DNA of 64,000 nucleotides from assembly GCA_963674825.1 (NCBI GenBank), contig OY771587.1, positions 2,784,001 to 2,848,000 on the forward strand. Reading direction: 5' to 3'. Under the pieces are notes generated by a model, which ran no database searches, had not been told where the DNA came from, and worked only from the letters and a program-made list of their open reading frames with translations. Of the stretch, positions 61,293 through 64,000 are shown piece after piece (position 1 is the first letter of the stretch; each line of letters begins with the position of its first letter). Source of the stretch: Candidatus Cloacimonadales bacterium. GTDB taxonomy: Bacteria > Cloacimonadota > Cloacimonadia > Cloacimonadales > JAIOQZ01. The position numbers and the translations under genes were made by a program.

Positions 61293-61628
61293 TTAGAACG
61301 ATATCAGTTCATTCTTCAGGTATTTATCGAGGGCTTCCTGGACGGTGATATCGTCCTTGTTGAGGAAGACGTTGATGCCGGCGGTCTGGAGTCCGCGAGC
61401 CGCGTTGCCGCCAGGACCATTGCCGGTGATTACTATTTTCACGCCTGCGTCGGCGAGTGTTTGCACTGCGAGAGGACCTGCGCCATGTGCTGCCTCAGCA
61501 GCTTCGTTCGAGATTGATGACCATTCTTTGGTGTCCTGATCGTAGATTACAAAAAACTTCGCTCTACCGAATCTGGCGTCCATTTTTGCGTTCGAATTCC
61601 CCTCAAGGGCTGTGATTGCGATTTTCAT
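61293..61628 (-). CDS. NifB/NifX family FeMo-cofactor-binding-like protein
   Basis: MKIAI, RFGRAKFF.IYD, HGAG, VITG..GPG.NA. Confidence 0.88.
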   Translation of the reverse strand: MKIAITALEGNSNAKMDARFGRAKFFVIYDQDTKEWSSISNEAAEAAHGAGPLAVQTLADAGVKIVITGNGPGGNAARGLQTAGINVFLNKDDITVQEALDKYLKNELISF

Positions 61629-61638
61629 GTTGTCTCCT

Positions 61639-62502
61639 TCAAAATATTCTATGTTTTATTTTATCAATGATTTCAGCGTAAGGCTTCGGTGCGAATTCGT
61701 TGATTGCCTGCCCAGACTTCACAGCTTTGAGGACCGTCTCATCGTAGGGAATTTTCGCCAGTAGCGGGACGTCCATTTCGTGGAGAAAATCCTCAATATT
61801 TGTTGTCAAGGCCGGGTTCAGGTCGTGCTTGTTTATCACACAGCCGGCTGGGATTCGGAATTTCTGGATGAGCTCGTACACGCGCTTGAGGTCGTGGAAA
61901 GCCGATTGAGTTGCCTCGGTGACAAGCAGCACGTAGTTAGCGCCACTGAGTGAAGAAATGACAGGGCAACCGATGCCGGGTGAGCCGTCTACCAGGATGT
62001 AAGGGACGTTCTTCTCTTCTGCGAGCTTATGCGCGACTTTTTTTGTATGGGCGACCAACTTACCGGAGTTTTCGCCTCCGGGGAGCAATCTGGCATGGAC
62101 CATCGTGGTACCGGTGCGTATCTCCGACTGAAAGCTCTTGCCTGTGTAGCGCGGCTTCATGGTGATAGCCCCCTGTGGGCATATATAACTGCAAAATCCG
62201 CATCCTTCACAGGCGAAGGGATCGAATTCGATAGCTGATTCGGCCATCTTGATCGCATTGAATCGACACTTCTGCACGCATAGGCTACACTGAATGCATT
62301 TTTCAGCATCGATTTCCGGCTCTTCGCCGCTGTAAAAGTCTTCCGCGATCTGTGTCTGCGGCTTGAATATCAGATGCATATCCGCCGCATCAACGTCGCA
62401 ATCGGCGAGTACGCAATCCTGCCCCAGCGCATACGCCAGCGCGCTGGTGATGACAGTCTTTCCGGTCCCGCCTTTTCCTGATATAACTACAACTTCTTTC
62501 AT
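61639..62502 (-). CDS. MinD-type P-loop ATPase with inserted 2x4Fe-4S domain
   Basis: SGKGGTGKT, DCDVDA, CIQCSLC, CEGCGFC..ICP, NSGKLV, DGSPGIGCP. Confidence 0.9.
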   Translation of the reverse strand: MKEVVVISGKGGTGKTVITSALAYALGQDCVLADCDVDAADMHLIFKPQTQIAEDFYSGEEPEIDAEKCIQCSLCVQKCRFNAIKMAESAIEFDPFACEGCGFCSYICPQGAITMKPRYTGKSFQSEIRTGTTMVHARLLPGGENSGKLVAHTKKVAHKLAEEKNVPYILVDGSPGIGCPVISSLSGANYVLLVTEATQSAFHDLKRVYELIQKFRIPAGCVINKHDLNPALTTNIEDFLHEMDVPLLAKIPYDETVLKAVKSGQAINEFAPKPYAEIIDKIKHRIF

Positions 62503-63353
62503 AGCAGCGCCTTTTGCTTGAACTTGCTTTCCAGTGCAACCATTTGCTCCAGAAAAGCCGGATTCTTGTCGAAGAGAGTCAGACCTTGTGAATAAAGCTC
62601 TGCAATAGCTCTCTGATGTGGTATACGAGCAAGGATCTCGATCGATTCCGACTCGCAGTAGGCCACAACGTCGTTGTACAGGCCGTCATCCTTGTTGATG
62701 ACCACTCCAAACGGACGGTCCATCAGTCGAACTGTCTCCACCGCGAGTGTGAGATCGTGCAGGCCGAACGGCGTGGGCTCGGTGACCAGCACCACGAAGT
62801 CGCTGAAGCGGATGGTTTCCACTACTGGGCAGGATGTTCCTGGCGGTGCGTCGATGATGATGAATCGGTCGCTGTACTGCTCCTGGATGTGGTCGGCTGT
62901 CTGCCGGATGAGCGGAACAGCCATCTCTTTGCCGATCTTGAGCCGTGCTTCAAGGAACTTCAGCCCATCCGCGTCAAACTCGGAAAGCATCCCGAGCTCT
63001 TCCGGGATCATCTTCAGCGCACCCTGCGGACAGAGCTCTACACAGGCATAACAACTGTGGCATAGCTGCGGGAAGACCATCGTGTGATTCCCGAGCTGCG
63101 TAATTGCGTGGAAATTGCACACCTCGCGGCACTTTCCGCAGCCATTGCACAACGCCTCGTCAACCTCCGGGATCTCGGTGTAGCACTGAATCTTGTTAGT
63201 CAGATCGCCCTGGATAAACAGGTGCGAATCCGGCTCCTCGACGTCGAAGTCGGTCAGTAGCACGTCGCGTGTAGCGCTGATATAGAGCGCGAAATTGACG
63301 GAGAGCGTCGTCTTTCCGGTTCCGCCCTTCCCGCTGGCAAAAGCGATCTTCAC
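62499..63353 (-). CDS. MinD-type P-loop ATPase with inserted 2x4Fe-4S domain (paralog)
   Basis: SGKGGTGKT, DVEEP, CNGCGKC, CHSCYAC..LCP, DAPPGTSCP, EPTPFGLHD. Confidence 0.9.
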   Translation of the reverse strand: MKIAFASGKGGTGKTTLSVNFALYISATRDVLLTDFDVEEPDSHLFIQGDLTNKIQCYTEIPEVDEALCNGCGKCREVCNFHAITQLGNHTMVFPQLCHSCYACVELCPQGALKMIPEELGMLSEFDADGLKFLEARLKIGKEMAVPLIRQTADHIQEQYSDRFIIIDAPPGTSCPVVETIRFSDFVVLVTEPTPFGLHDLTLAVETVRLMDRPFGVVINKDDGLYNDVVAYCESESIEILARIPHQRAIAELYSQGLTLFDKNPAFLEQMVALESKFKQKALL

Positions 63354-63359
63354 GAGCTT

Positions 63360-63614
63360 CTATTCTCCCAGATTTTCGCGCCGTTTGCGCAGGATTTCAA
63401 GCTGATTGCTCAATCCGCTGATCAACGAGTCAAGGTAGCTCTTCTCGTCAGTTGCGTTGAATCGATATCCACCGAAACCGCCATTCCTTCGTCCCATACC
63501 GAGCTTGCGGAAACCACGTCCCGCGAACGGACTTCCGCCATCGGCGCAACGACCGTTTCTTTGTCCTGTCATCGGGCCCTCGCCAAGGGGGCCTCTTCCA
63601 TCTCTTCCTGGCAT
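63360..63614 (-). CDS. DUF5320 family small Gly/Arg-rich protein
   Basis: MPGRDGRGPLGEGPMTG...G.C, C-terminal coiled coil. Confidence 0.85.
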   Translation of the reverse strand: MPGRDGRGPLGEGPMTGQRNGRCADGGSPFAGRGFRKLGMGRRNGGFGGYRFNATDEKSYLDSLISGLSNQLEILRKRRENLGE

Positions 63615-63617
63615 ATC

Positions 63618-64000
63618 TTACCTCCTGTGTCTGCCGCGACCACGCCCACGACAGCACATGCCGTGGCCCAGTTCGCTGGCAAAATCGTTACGGGTGATGG
63701 CTCCGCATTGTGGACATCGCCCAAAATCGTTCTCGATGGTCACGCTGAAGACGTTACCGCAATTACCGCACTCGAACAGGTTGTCTCGGAAATGGATTTC
63801 TCCGCCTTCGACTGTTAGCGCTTTCCCGTCGAGAAGGAATTGCGCTACTTTTTGGTGAGCGCTATCCAGCAGGCGAGTAAAGGTAGAGCGCGAGATTTCC
63901 ATCTGCTCCGAGGCTTGGGTGTGATCCAGCTTCTCGAAGTCCGCAAGCCTGATTGCTTCCAGTTCGTCGAGTGTCATCTCGATCTGCTCCAGCTCGCTGA
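63618..64000 (-). CDS. DUF134 HTH protein with C-terminal zinc ribbon (5' truncated by window edge)
   Basis: DELEAIRLADFE.L....A...M.ISRSTF.R.L.SA..KVA..L..GK; CGNCG...CPQCG. Confidence 0.9.
   Translation of the reverse strand, partial: SELEQIEMTLDELEAIRLADFEKLDHTQASEQMEISRSTFTRLLDSAHQKVAQFLLDGKALTVEGGEIHFRDNLFECGNCGNVFSVTIENDFGRCPQCGAITRNDFASELGHGMCCRGRGRGRHRR

Overview
Mostly core chromosome of an anaerobic diderm bacterium, probably Cloacimonadota or a related FCB lineage (inferred from secreted proteins ending in an NYPNPFNPET...K-x-x-x-LK domain, buk/ackA and class II RNR). It carries thrS, kdsD, hflX, the CIRCE-controlled hrcA-grpE-dnaK-dnaJ-rsmE operon, rpsU-yqeY-cvpA-mutS2-dnaG-rpoD followed by tRNA-Ile2(CAU), aspS, nrdJ, lon, topB and a DUF134/NifX/Fe-S ATPase cluster. 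No CRISPR array, integrase or transposase was found. Highlights: (1) a small GIY-YIG nuclease gene between two near-identical 205-bp direct repeats, each bounded by perfect 30-bp inverted arms, a candidate nuclease-plus-palindrome (REPtron-like) mobile system; (2) at least five further unrelated palindromic repeat families in intergenic DNA, some with nested hairpins and one abutting a truncated radical-SAM gene; (3) a SpoVG-like gene where hfq often sits before hflX, with hflX apparently starting at AUA; (4) a degenerate histidine kinase, an FN3/LVIVD lipoprotein and a 2144-aa acidic Ig-repeat surface protein in one cluster. All calls are by eye; no searches were run.
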